Positions 15,793-24,703 of a stretch of 53,356 nucleotides of DNA are shown here, piece by piece; position 1 is the first letter of the stretch; each line of letters starts with the position of its first letter. The notes under the pieces are model-generated. The model made no database searches, was not told the DNA's origin, and saw only the letters and a program-made list of their open reading frames with translations. The position numbers and the translations under genes are program-made. The stretch lies in IMG/VR virus record IMGVR_UViG_3300036861_000789, positions 1 to 53,356 of that record, one strand, 5' to 3'. Origin of the DNA: a virus. Lineage: Duplodnaviria; Caudoviricetes.

Positions 15793-15865
15793 CTGCGCTC
15801 AGCGGCGCAAAGTTCGCAGGTCCCATTCCTTAGGTGGGACCTGCGAACACAGCAGCATAAAGTTT

Positions 15866-15944
15866 GGGAGTGTTGGGCAATTGGTGGCCCAGCTGGCTGT
15901 AACCCAGTGGCTTCGGCGTGCAGGTTCGAATCCTGCCATTCCCA
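15866..15944 (+). tRNA. tRNA-Tyr(GTA)
   Basis: GGGAGTG/CATTCCC; GCTGG-CTGTAAC-CCAGT; GC-TTCG-GC variable arm. Confidence 0.92.
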
Positions 15945-15957
15945 CATGGAACATCGG

Positions 15958-16182
15958 ATGCGCACAGATGTCTGGCGTGATAGCAGGCCCAGCAAACTCG
16001 CCGAATCGGTTATGCGGATCACATGCATCGACTGTGGTGCGGTCTTCACTTCTGAATCACATCGGGAGGGCGGCGGTCTTGCCGCCCAGTCTGAGGTGCT
16101 TGAATTGTGGAAAAAACACGTGGAATCAAGGCATTTTGGTGTGGCTGTTCAGTCCCAACCCGAGACTCGCCCCCGTAGCTGA
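15958..16182 (+). CDS. small hypothetical protein (CxxC...HxxxxH)
   Basis: ITCIDCG...WKKHVESRH; stop lies inside tRNA-Lys(TTT). Confidence 0.45.
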   Translation: MRTDVWRDSRPSKLAESVMRITCIDCGAVFTSESHREGGGLAAQSEVLELWKKHVESRHFGVAVQSQPETRPRS

Positions 16183-16240
16183 GGTGGTTTAGCTCCTTCC
16201 TTTTAAGTTGGAGACGCAGGTTCGATTCCTGTCGGGGGTA
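16169..16240 (+). tRNA. tRNA-Lys(TTT), weak anticodon stem
   Basis: GCCCCCG/CGGGGGT; CCTTC-CTTTTAA-GTTGG (two U:U); GGTTCGATTCC. Confidence 0.8.
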
Positions 16241-16299
16241 CGTGAACATCTTGATGAGCCGATCCAGGTTTGAGCCCTGAGCAGGGGCCGCCTAGATAG

Positions 16300-16665
16300 G
16301 TGACAGTGTCCAGAACAGACAAGACTCGACCATTCTGGGTTCGAGTCAACGACCCTTTCAATTGCCCCTTCGTCCACACCGTGCATGATCACAGGTCTCA
16401 CGCGGTGGGGACATGCGAGCCAGCTCCCTGGTTTCAAGGCGCAGGCTGCTACCGATTCCCGAACTGGGCTAACCGCTGCGGTGAGCTTCTGGCAAGTAAT
16501 TGCAGCTCACGGTGCTCTTGCAGAATCAAATCAGGGGAGGGTATAGTACGGATGAACCTGGTAAGGTTGCGTCAGGAGTTGCGCAAGACAGCACCACAAG
16601 ATCTCCAAGATCTTGACGAACTGTCCTATGACGACAGGTTCACCATCAAACGGCATCGCCGCTGA
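16300..16665 (+). CDS. hypothetical Cys/His-rich protein
   Basis: SRTDKTRPFWVR...HDH...C pattern. Confidence 0.55.
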   Translation: MTVSRTDKTRPFWVRVNDPFNCPFVHTVHDHRSHAVGTCEPAPWFQGAGCYRFPNWANRCGELLASNCSSRCSCRIKSGEGIVRMNLVRLRQELRKTAPQDLQDLDELSYDDRFTIKRHRR

Positions 16666-16680
16666 ACATCCCGGGAAAGG

Positions 16681-17643
16681 ATGACCATGGCCGAAACACA
16701 GTTGTCGTCGCTGGCAGGCGACCTCGACAACCCCTTCACGGCAAAACTTGACCACCCCAGTCTCGAAGGCGTCACCGTCCGTTTCGTTTACGTGACCCCA
16801 GAGCTGGCTGAGATCAAACTCGCCAACACCCCCGCCTGGCAGCGCAAGAAAAGCCCCCGGGCCATCGAAGTCCTCGCCACCGACATGGCCATGGGCAACT
16901 TCCTGTTCAACGGCGATGCCATTCGCTTCGACGAGACCGGCCAGCAGATCGACGGCCAGCATCGGTTCCAGGCCATCGTCGAAAGTGGCGAACCCCAGGT
17001 GATGCTCTGGGTCGAAGGCCTGGACCGCAAGGTCCTTGCGGCCATCGACACTGGCCGCAAGCGCACCTACGCCGACCTGATCGGCATGGACACACCTGGC
17101 GGTCGCATCAAGTACTACAGCATCACTGCGGGCACCATCAACCGCTACTGGTACTGGCTGCACGGCTGCTACGGTCGTCGGGGCACCGCGCGTCTGCACG
17201 GCACCCTCTACACCAATGCCTCACCCTCCTACGCCCAGCTCAACCTCATCGCAGCCGAGGGCAAGGCATGCGGGTTGGACTTCGTCATGGCGGCCACGGT
17301 CGGCAAGGCTGCCCATGCTGTCTCGAAGATCCCGCCTTCGATCATGGGTTTGGCGTGGCTCCTGTTCACCGAAATCGATGTCGACGCTCGGGAGAAGTTC
17401 TTCTTCGAGATGATCACAGAAGCCCCCAATGGTCGGCGTGAACATCCTCCGACCATGCTGCGTGAAACCGGCATGCGCCGCAACAAGGATGACAAGAAGG
17501 TGGAGGACTGGCTGTGGCTCCACCACGTGATCACCGCGTGGAACTATTGGCTGGACGGCAAAGACTTGAACACTCTTCGTCGGCCTGCCCAGGTCAGCCC
17601 GGACAGCCTGGCCATGCCCACAGGATGGGTCGAACACGCATGA
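16681..17643 (+). CDS. ParB-like (DGQHR) domain protein
   Basis: DMAMGNFLFNGDAIRFD...IDGQHRFQAIVESG...IDTGRKRT. Confidence 0.75.
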   Translation: MTMAETQLSSLAGDLDNPFTAKLDHPSLEGVTVRFVYVTPELAEIKLANTPAWQRKKSPRAIEVLATDMAMGNFLFNGDAIRFDETGQQIDGQHRFQAIVESGEPQVMLWVEGLDRKVLAAIDTGRKRTYADLIGMDTPGGRIKYYSITAGTINRYWYWLHGCYGRRGTARLHGTLYTNASPSYAQLNLIAAEGKACGLDFVMAATVGKAAHAVSKIPPSIMGLAWLLFTEIDVDAREKFFFEMITEAPNGRREHPPTMLRETGMRRNKDDKKVEDWLWLHHVITAWNYWLDGKDLNTLRRPAQVSPDSLAMPTGWVEHA

Positions 17644-18182
17644 GCATCAGGCAGACTCTGGCAGGCGAAGGCGTTATCATCACTCGCGCCTTTCAGGTTG
17701 CCGAGTTTGTCAACACCGAGCGGATCCACCGGAAGATAAGCTTCGTCCGGTTCGGATCCATGTGCAACCAGTCAGCAGCAACGCTGTCCAACGTTCTTGG
17801 CTCACATGGAAACCATGCGTTGCTGGCGACGGTAATACCGTGGCTTGTGCCGTTCAACTGGAGACTGACCCTGGGGGGTGTGGAGGTGCGGGACACTCGT
17901 CATGCCTGCCAGATGCTTGACTCTCGGCGGATCGAAATGGGTGTGTCTGTATCACGCGCTCAGCGTGAAAACATACACAACTGGAATCGCATCAGGGGCA
18001 TCGCTGTCAACGGAAAATATAATGACGGGCAGGAAAACCTTAGCCTCGACACGGTAGTTCGGGCGGGTGCTTATGTCGACTGGGAGCTGCGGTTGAGTGC
18101 TAAACCCATTCAGTCCAAACGCGTCAAACGCTACCTAGCGCTGGGTATAGCGCCCGAACATGCCACCAAGGCAAGCGCATAG
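17640..18182 (+). CDS. hypothetical protein, possibly DNA-binding
   Basis: ATGA coupling; ends just before terminator. Confidence 0.6.
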   Translation: MSIRQTLAGEGVIITRAFQVAEFVNTERIHRKISFVRFGSMCNQSAATLSNVLGSHGNHALLATVIPWLVPFNWRLTLGGVEVRDTRHACQMLDSRRIEMGVSVSRAQRENIHNWNRIRGIAVNGKYNDGQENLSLDTVVRAGAYVDWELRLSAKPIQSKRVKRYLALGIAPEHATKASA

Positions 18183-18194
18183 CGCAGTAGATCC

Positions 18195-18224
18195 AAAAGC
18201 CCCCAGGTGGCGCTGGGGGCTTTT
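18195..18224. terminator. bidirectional intrinsic terminator
   Basis: AAAAGCCCCCAG-GTGGCG-CTGGGGGCTTTT between convergent genes. Confidence 0.85.
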
Positions 18225-18599
18225 CTATGCGCTCATCATGTCGGAGTGATCAATCAGTTCATCTTCGGGCAGTGGGGTGCTGCGCCCATCAGATGCCCGG
18301 GCTCTGGTTGATCTGCGATCCTCAGGTTTGTCAACGGCCAGCAGCCGAGCGTCTTTGAGCTTCAACCCGTTTTTGACCAAAATGGCCGCGACGGGAAAGA
18401 CAACCCGCTTTTTGATCCACCACTGGTCGTAGCCTTTCAAGGTGAGGACGAGCAGGATGTCCATCCCCGCCACCTGGACTTTGACTTCCTCGACGAACTT
18501 GTTGTGCTTGCGCACCAGCTCCGCCGTGGAAGCCATAGCCGCTGAGAGGGTCATGGGATCGTCGGGACGCTCAATCCTGAAGGTGTAGATACGTTTCAC
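18225..18599 (-). CDS. hypothetical protein
   Basis: GTGA coupling; last gene of the late operon. Confidence 0.65.
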   Translation of the reverse strand: MKRIYTFRIERPDDPMTLSAAMASTAELVRKHNKFVEEVKVQVAGMDILLVLTLKGYDQWWIKKRVVFPVAAILVKNGLKLKDARLLAVDKPEDRRSTRARASDGRSTPLPEDELIDHSDMMSA

Positions 18600-18787
18600 A
18601 TCCCCGCCTCTCCTGGGCGCTGTGAGGCCCCTCGCTGGTAGAAGGCTGTGGCAGCCTGGGCCGCACCGACGGTCAGGACGAACAGGCCAACCCAGCGGGT
18701 CTGCACGAACTCAGCCAGGATCGCCCCACCCGATAGGATGTGCGCGAACACCAGAGCCGACTGCCAGATCAGCATGGGCTTACTCAT
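18596..18787 (-). CDS. holin-like membrane protein (2 TM)
   Basis: Two hydrophobic helices; downstream of endolysin. Confidence 0.5.
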   Translation of the reverse strand: MSKPMLIWQSALVFAHILSGGAILAEFVQTRWVGLFVLTVGAAQAATAFYQRGASQRPGEAGM

Positions 18788-19061
18788 GGGGGACGAAAAC
18801 CCAATCCAAGGCCAGCACATCACTGACAGTGGGCACCCATGGCACGAATGAGTCATCGGCTGTGCACAGCATCAGATAGGGCCGGAAGACGCAGACAGTG
18901 CCCTCGGGGATGCCGGTAGCCTGCGCTGTGTTGGCGTTGATGGCAATCCCGTCCGGGTAGCCTTTCTGGAGCACCACATATTGGCCTGGGGCGTTCCAGC
19001 CTTGCCGAGTGACCTTGCTGCCCACCAGGCGTAGCCGTACTAGTGCTTCGCTGAAATCCAC
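18780..19061 (-). CDS. DUF2829 family protein (Tad2-like anti-defence sponge candidate)
   Basis: DFSEAL..L..GSKVTRQGWN..GQYV...PYLMLCTADDSFVPWVPTVSDVLALDW. Confidence 0.85.
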   Translation of the reverse strand: MDFSEALVRLRLVGSKVTRQGWNAPGQYVVLQKGYPDGIAINANTAQATGIPEGTVCVFRPYLMLCTADDSFVPWVPTVSDVLALDWVFVPHE

Positions 19062-19071
19062 GATGACTCCT

Positions 19072-19377
19072 CTACTTGATCCATGCCGCGATGAAAGCTG
19101 CTGCGGCCACAGCTGCTGCGATCGAAAACCACATCCCGTTGAACTGGGTCTTCAAAGCCGCCCGATCTTTGGCCTGCTCGGCTTTGTCTGCGGCCATGGT
19201 CTGCTCCACGATCGTGACCCGCCGCACGATAGCTTCCTGCTCAGCGGCGTAAACGTCCCGGCGCACAAACGCGGTCATCTGAATGCGCCACTCTTCACGA
19301 AAGTCGCACAAAGTTCGGTACATCTCTCGGTTCGTCGGCATGTCATCGTCATACGCTGGCGCAGGTGTCACGGTCAT
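19072..19377 (-). CDS. coiled-coil protein with C-terminal TM (lysis cassette)
   Basis: FVRRDVYAAE...WFSIAAAVAAAAFIAAWIK. Confidence 0.65.
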   Translation of the reverse strand: MTVTPAPAYDDDMPTNREMYRTLCDFREEWRIQMTAFVRRDVYAAEQEAIVRRVTIVEQTMAADKAEQAKDRAALKTQFNGMWFSIAAAVAAAAFIAAWIK

Positions 19378-19402
19378 AACCAATGGTCGTGTTTTTCTCC
19401 GG

Positions 19403-19735
19403 TTAAAACAATGTAAAAGCAGCAAAAGTGAGATTCGCGTCGGAAACATCAAATTCCAGTACGGAGCCGTACAAATCCACCGGGAAAGGCCCCAGCTCGA
19501 CACCGAACGAATTAGCGGGGATGGTCAGGACAATGGGCGGCGGAGTCTGGAAGTCAACCGTTTCGACCAGGATCGTGGAGACGGTTGCATCCATACCGGC
19601 ACCCTGGACGTAAAGCAGCGTGGCCCCATCGTTGATCATGCGCATTCCGTTGGCGACATCACCCGGCGTCCCTGTGGCCACAGAGAACACCTGAAGCCGG
19701 GAAGTCCTTTGCACCGGCACGTCAGTCCTGGCCAT
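19403..19735 (-). CDS. hypothetical virion-associated protein
   Basis: MARTDVPVQ...GDVANGMRMINDG...LGPFPVDLYG. Confidence 0.65.
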   Translation of the reverse strand: MARTDVPVQRTSRLQVFSVATGTPGDVANGMRMINDGATLLYVQGAGMDATVSTILVETVDFQTPPPIVLTIPANSFGVELGPFPVDLYGSVLEFDVSDANLTFAAFTLF

Positions 19736-19744
19736 CTCAGCCCC

Positions 19745-20350
19745 TCATTTCGTTCGTAGCGCCCCAAGTGTCTGCGGCCCAAGCCAGCCATCGACCTTCA
19801 GTCCATTGCGCCGCTGGAAAGCTCTGACAGCTGCCAGTGTCGCAGGCCCGAAACGCCCGTCGACAACCAAACTCGCCATATGCCCATTGAGATAAGCCTG
19901 AGCCTGGCGAACCGAAGTGCCCACCATGCCGGACTTCAAAGTCTTCCACGCCGGAGCCGTGGCGATCATCAGCCACGGGGCGCTCGAATTCTCCGCCACC
20001 TTCGAATGCTCAATCGAATCGTGGACGTGCTCGGTGTGCGGATTCGAGCCGGTGTAATCCTTCGGCTTGAACAGATTGTCGATGTGCCAGATCCGGCGGC
20101 GATGTATGACATAGCGTGTCGACGGGTGCAGGAACATCGACGTCAGGACGGTAGGGATATGGACGCCGTCCTTATCCAAGTCAATGGCCCGGACAACGCC
20201 GGTCACCGGATCCGGGTTGTGATCCGAAGTCCGAGCCGCATGGGCTTTGTCGCCTATCCAGCCGTCGGAACTGTGGTCGCGATGTGGCCAGCGGGTGTTG
20301 ATGGCATGTTGCAATCCACTCAGACTCGGTGCCAGATACGGTTCAGGCAT
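19745..20350 (-). CDS. endolysin: Zn-peptidase-like N-terminus plus peptidoglycan-binding domain
   Basis: SDGWIGDKAH...SDHNPD...RAIDLD...HTEHVH; VDGRFGPATLAAVRAFQRRNGLKVDGWLGPQT. Confidence 0.88.
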   Translation of the reverse strand: MPEPYLAPSLSGLQHAINTRWPHRDHSSDGWIGDKAHAARTSDHNPDPVTGVVRAIDLDKDGVHIPTVLTSMFLHPSTRYVIHRRRIWHIDNLFKPKDYTGSNPHTEHVHDSIEHSKVAENSSAPWLMIATAPAWKTLKSGMVGTSVRQAQAYLNGHMASLVVDGRFGPATLAAVRAFQRRNGLKVDGWLGPQTLGALRTK

Positions 20351-20483
20351 CGTCGGCCTCGTTGTCGTCAGCCGCATCGGAACCCATGTGCTGCTCAGGG
20401 TCGTCGTCTTCGGCCCACCTGGTGATCTCGTCGACTATGAGCTTCTCGGGGTCGAAACTGAAGCCCTTCATGGATTCGGTCAT
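20343..20483 (-). CDS. 46-aa acidic peptide
   Basis: MTESMKGFSFDPEKLIVDEITRWAEDDDPEQHMG...; TATGAT 6 nt upstream. Confidence 0.5.
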   Translation of the reverse strand: MTESMKGFSFDPEKLIVDEITRWAEDDDPEQHMGSDAADDNEADDA

Positions 20484-20516
20484 AACAGCATCATACTCAC
20501 AGAATGAGACATTTCA

Positions 20517-21026
20517 TCACTGCGTCTGAAGAAGAGCCGACCACTGGACAATGACATTTACCCAAGTTGACGAAGGCCCATAAACGAACAACGTGAAACC
20601 TGTCGTAGAAACACTGATGGCTCGCGACTGCCAGCTGGCAGCAGAAGCCGTGCCATTGTCGATGTTGGCATGCACTGACGGCATAGCCGAGAATGGCACG
20701 GCGAACACGACAGCGACAGTAAACGAGGTCTGAGCCGAGAAGCTGATCAGATTCTGTCCTGCCTGCTGCTCCACCACCACCGGTGTCGGCAGAGCCTGCA
20801 CATTGCCCATGGCCAGCCACGATGTGGGATCCGAACCGGACTGAGGCGACTGGCCCAGCAGAGCCACTGTGTCGCCAACAGTGGGCAGGTAGGAACCCAG
20901 CACCCCCACATCGGTGAAAACGGCCGTTTGCACATTCACCGTTAAAGGCGACACCGTAACAACCACGCCGATCCGAACCGTGGCTGGCTGACCCACCGCC
21001 GAGCGGATCTGCGTAGGCAAACCCAT
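20517..21026 (-). CDS. minor tail protein
   Basis: SYLPTVGDTVALL motif; C-terminal fibre-like domain (VVFAVPFSAMPSV...TTGFTL). Confidence 0.7.
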   Translation of the reverse strand: MGLPTQIRSAVGQPATVRIGVVVTVSPLTVNVQTAVFTDVGVLGSYLPTVGDTVALLGQSPQSGSDPTSWLAMGNVQALPTPVVVEQQAGQNLISFSAQTSFTVAVVFAVPFSAMPSVHANIDNGTASAASWQSRAISVSTTGFTLFVYGPSSTWVNVIVQWSALLQTQ

Positions 21027-21724
21027 CAGGCCACCCGCCACACCAGCAGACGCGAACCGATTCGGACAGTTGTATTCGTGGCATCCGAAGTGTTCTGCGC
21101 ATACTGGGTTTGCAGATTACCGGCCGTGCCGCCCATGACGATGTGACCATAGGTGGTGCAGATGGTTCGGGTTCCCACCGCCGCACCGCCGACTGGAGTC
21201 GCTGTGCCCGATGCGGTCTGGACGGCGAACTGGCCATCACCCGTGGTAGCTGTCGCCGTTGTGGCCAAGCCTTTCATGCCCCAGCTGGCCACAGCCCCGG
21301 CGGGCCAGGTGTAAGCCACTTTGAAGTCAGCGGTTTGGCTGGAATCGTAGAAGAACATCGCCTCCCACATGAAAGTTCCCGCCGTCGGCAAAGCGGAAAG
21401 CAGAACCGCGTCGGAAACCAGGGTCGTTGACCCATTGATGGGAGCAGCATCAGTGGTCCTGAAAGCTTTCGTGAACAATCCCCGGGTGTAGTCGCTGTAA
21501 TACACAGCCCCCTCGAAGCAGTCCCGGCGATTCTCGGCAGCCAGGTCGGTGACATCGCCTTCAACGGGGGCGGTGTGGCGGGCTGTGCGGTCGGCTTCGT
21601 TGGTGTACTTGAGAACCAATCGCGTTTCAACATCAGCGATCATGTCGGTGAACGCCAGCGGATTATTCGCGAGATCCGGGCCGACAGGGATGGTGATCTG
21701 CTGATCAGGCGTGTTCGTCGACAT
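21026..21724 (-). CDS. minor tail / fibre protein
   Basis: Position in tail module; Thr/Gly-rich beta composition. Confidence 0.7.
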   Translation of the reverse strand: MSTNTPDQQITIPVGPDLANNPLAFTDMIADVETRLVLKYTNEADRTARHTAPVEGDVTDLAAENRRDCFEGAVYYSDYTRGLFTKAFRTTDAAPINGSTTLVSDAVLLSALPTAGTFMWEAMFFYDSSQTADFKVAYTWPAGAVASWGMKGLATTATATTGDGQFAVQTASGTATPVGGAAVGTRTICTTYGHIVMGGTAGNLQTQYAQNTSDATNTTVRIGSRLLVWRVA

Positions 21725-21733
21725 GGCTTATCC

Positions 21734-22306
21734 TCACAGATCACAAACGAAAGCGATGGTCATATGGCAGTACACGAACATTGGGCCGCCCGTCCCGGAC
21801 CAGGTCCAGCGGGCCTCCAAAGGCAGCGTCGCCGGACCTAGAATGCCGACACCCGAGATGTTCATCGGATAGCCGTTGGTGGTGGCCACACTGCGGGCCA
21901 AAGTGCGGCTGGCGATGATCTCACTGGCCGTCTGGCCATGCAGCGAAGCTCTCTGCTGAGTCAACGTCGTAACCGCGTTGACGGGAGAGAACTCCGCCGA
22001 ACACATATAAACCCCGTCCCGCAAAGCGAGCACAGCTGACTTGATCGGGCCTGCGGCGATGAACATTCCGTTGTTGAACAGAACCTCGTCGAAAATGATG
22101 GTGGTCTCAGCGCCTGCGGGTACGGAGAAGCCCGTAGTGAAAGTCCGCACCGCCGCTGACGGTCTATTCAAAGCCAGCGTCCGCAGCGCCGAAACATCAG
22201 CCAGAGCCCCATCGACGTCTTCAGCAAAATTCTGGAAGTCATCGCATTTGATCTGCTCGCCCTGGCAGGGATAGCGAATGCCGAAGATAGGTGTCGTTCC
22301 CGGCAT
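21734..22306 (-). CDS. minor tail protein
   Basis: MPGTTPIFGIRYP N-terminus; IIFDEVLFNN. Confidence 0.7.
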   Translation of the reverse strand: MPGTTPIFGIRYPCQGEQIKCDDFQNFAEDVDGALADVSALRTLALNRPSAAVRTFTTGFSVPAGAETTIIFDEVLFNNGMFIAAGPIKSAVLALRDGVYMCSAEFSPVNAVTTLTQQRASLHGQTASEIIASRTLARSVATTNGYPMNISGVGILGPATLPLEARWTWSGTGGPMFVYCHMTIAFVCDL

Positions 22307-22977
22307 CAGGTCACCTCCACAATGTCACGAGGGCCGATATAAGTGACATAGGCGAATGGCAGCGCCTGCACGGTCACATCACTGGCGACATTGGTGTGGA
22401 AGGAAGTCAAAGTCACGTTGACTCCGCTGATGCCGTCAAGGACCACTTCGAATTTGACGTTCTGGCCGATGTTTCCACCACCGACACCCGGGTCGTAGGT
22501 GCGGTCGGTGACGGAGGGCGAATTGAACCCGGGTGGTGGGGCCGTTGGATCGTCGACGGTTATGTTCATACCCCGCTGGCTGAAAGCGGTCACAGCTCCC
22601 ACAGCTGTCATGCGGGTGGTGCCGCCGCAGATGTAAACGCCTCTTGGGTAGGGCACGGTGACAGCCGCCCCAGCCGGTGAGCCGATGGTTATCGTGTTCG
22701 TGTTCGGTGAGGAGTTCAGCACCAGGTTCATGAATGTGCTGTTGTTGAAATGAACGGTGGTGAACAGATTCGCGATGGTGGGAGTGCCCGTGGTGATCAC
22801 TTTGGCCAAAGGATTGGTAACAATGATGGTCGGGCGGTCCAGGAAGCCTTGCAGGGCGCCCTGCTGGGCACCCAGCGTGGTGTCGATGTCCTGCCCGAGG
22901 CATTGCATGTAAAGAGCCAGCGCCGCGAAGTCTTCCTCGCCGATGCAGGCAAGGCCGTGGGTGCCAATGGTCTGCAT
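22306..22977 (-). CDS. minor tail protein
   Basis: TGATG coupling; position in tail module. Confidence 0.65.
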   Translation of the reverse strand: MQTIGTHGLACIGEEDFAALALYMQCLGQDIDTTLGAQQGALQGFLDRPTIIVTNPLAKVITTGTPTIANLFTTVHFNNSTFMNLVLNSSPNTNTITIGSPAGAAVTVPYPRGVYICGGTTRMTAVGAVTAFSQRGMNITVDDPTAPPPGFNSPSVTDRTYDPGVGGGNIGQNVKFEVVLDGISGVNVTLTSFHTNVASDVTVQALPFAYVTYIGPRDIVEVT

Positions 22978-23588
22978 CAGCTCACATCCGAATGCCAGTA
23001 GACGGCCAAGGTCGCCAATTCGATGGTCGCTGTCGCATTGGTGTCGAAGGCGGTGATGTCCCTGGGGGCTGGGACGGTGTCAGTGAACTCCCACATCGTG
23101 GAGGCTCGGATGGACGCTGCTGCGGTGGCCGAGGTCCGGGTGATGGCTGTGGCAACTCCGGTGACCGAGCCGCCGATGACGGGTTCGGTTTGGTTTCCCA
23201 CCCGGATGTAGGTGGTCAAACCTTCATTGTCGACCCAGCAGCATCCGAATCGGACATAAAGGTCGATGAGATATCTTCCGTTGCGGCTTGGTGTGATGCC
23301 GGGGAAGATGGTCAGATCGACCATGTTGTCAGTGTCGGCGAGGACGGTATCGAAGGGGATCGTGTCGGCGATGGCCACGGCCACAGCTGGCTCATAGTGG
23401 ATCACGGCCAGTGGAATCGCTGTTGCTGTCCGGGCCACCGCGCTGTCGGCCAGGACGATCTGATCTTCGACCAGGCCGACGAAGTCACACCAGATGGTGG
23501 AGAAGTCGCATGGGCTGCGCGGATCCCCGCATGGGCTGTCGGAGCATTCCTGGAATGGCAGAGCGAAGTTGGCTGTGCAGGAGGCCAC
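22977..23588 (-). CDS. minor tail protein
   Basis: IPFDTVLADTDNM motif; position in tail module. Confidence 0.65.
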   Translation of the reverse strand: MASCTANFALPFQECSDSPCGDPRSPCDFSTIWCDFVGLVEDQIVLADSAVARTATAIPLAVIHYEPAVAVAIADTIPFDTVLADTDNMVDLTIFPGITPSRNGRYLIDLYVRFGCCWVDNEGLTTYIRVGNQTEPVIGGSVTGVATAITRTSATAAASIRASTMWEFTDTVPAPRDITAFDTNATATIELATLAVYWHSDVS

Positions 23589-23590
23589 CG

Positions 23591-24703
23591 CTACACCACC
23601 CCTTCCAGTGTGCCCAGGACCTGGGACCGACCCGAAACCGTCATCAAACCGGACACATCCAATGGTATGCGAAAATCTGCTACAACCTGCACAATACCGG
23701 TCCTGTCGCGAACGTCCAGACTCACCACATCACCCAGTTCCAGCGCCGCGTCCGGCGTCATCGTCCAGGACCATGAATCCACCAGAGCGCTCAACCGGCG
23801 TAGATTGTCAAACGCGGCACCTTGAGCTGAGGACTGGGTAGCCGGGGTCTGCAACCGCATCAGCTGATGACGACGGCCGAAGGCCCCGTTGATGTAAGTC
23901 AGTGACTCAGGTGTGGTGTCCTGGGCTGTGGCGTAAACGGGCGCATCCCCGTTGAGTCGCTCGCCGGTGACAGTCAGGGAGTTGTACACCGACTCACGGG
24001 AACGCGACGCAGCCGAGGCGATCACAGAGCCGCCAGGCCCATCGGAGTAGGTGACAATAGGATTGGCCGGGACGGTCCACTGGTAGCGGCGCAGCACGAA
24101 ATGCCCGTCGGCCAGGGGATACCAGAATGCGCCCACCGACTGGGCCAGCTCATCCAAAGCCTGAGCCCGGTCCAGCTGCCATGTCAAAGGCTGCACCGGC
24201 TGGGCGAACAAGTCGAAGGTGCCAAACGTCGCATCCGCTTTAGCATCCGAGATGAGCCGCATGATCTCGGTGGGGACGGTGACACCCGTTTGGGAGTTCT
24301 CCGGCAGCAGGAACTTCACATCACTGATGTCGGTGGCGAAGTCAGCGGCGAAGCACCGAACCGTCCCGTCCTCGTTCAGCTGGGTTTGCTGAATCCGGCC
24401 GATGAACACCGTCCACGCCATTCGGGAGTTGTCGGCGAACTCGATTCCCCGTTCGGCTTTCAGGATGTTGCCATACGGGGCGAGTAGATCCGTTGCCAGG
24501 TAAGGATAGAACGATTCATCGAAGCTGATGTCGCAGGTGCGTGATACTCGCGATGTCAGCGTCGCGGAAACAGAGCCACCCAGGTAGGTGAGTCCTTCTT
24601 CCAGAATGTTGCGGTTGCCGTCCAAAATGGAAATGTTGAAATACGGACGATGTGATGTCGCCAAAGCCGCCCGGTACATCGCATCCAAACCACCTGGGAG
24701 CAT
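23591..24703 (-). CDS. minor tail protein (tail hub-like)
   Basis: GGSVSATLTSRVSRTC...LAPYGN...YNSLTVTGE...PDAALELGDVV. Confidence 0.78.
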   Translation of the reverse strand: MLPGGLDAMYRAALATSHRPYFNISILDGNRNILEEGLTYLGGSVSATLTSRVSRTCDISFDESFYPYLATDLLAPYGNILKAERGIEFADNSRMAWTVFIGRIQQTQLNEDGTVRCFAADFATDISDVKFLLPENSQTGVTVPTEIMRLISDAKADATFGTFDLFAQPVQPLTWQLDRAQALDELAQSVGAFWYPLADGHFVLRRYQWTVPANPIVTYSDGPGGSVIASAASRSRESVYNSLTVTGERLNGDAPVYATAQDTTPESLTYINGAFGRRHQLMRLQTPATQSSAQGAAFDNLRRLSALVDSWSWTMTPDAALELGDVVSLDVRDRTGIVQVVADFRIPLDVSGLMTVSGRSQVLGTLEGVV

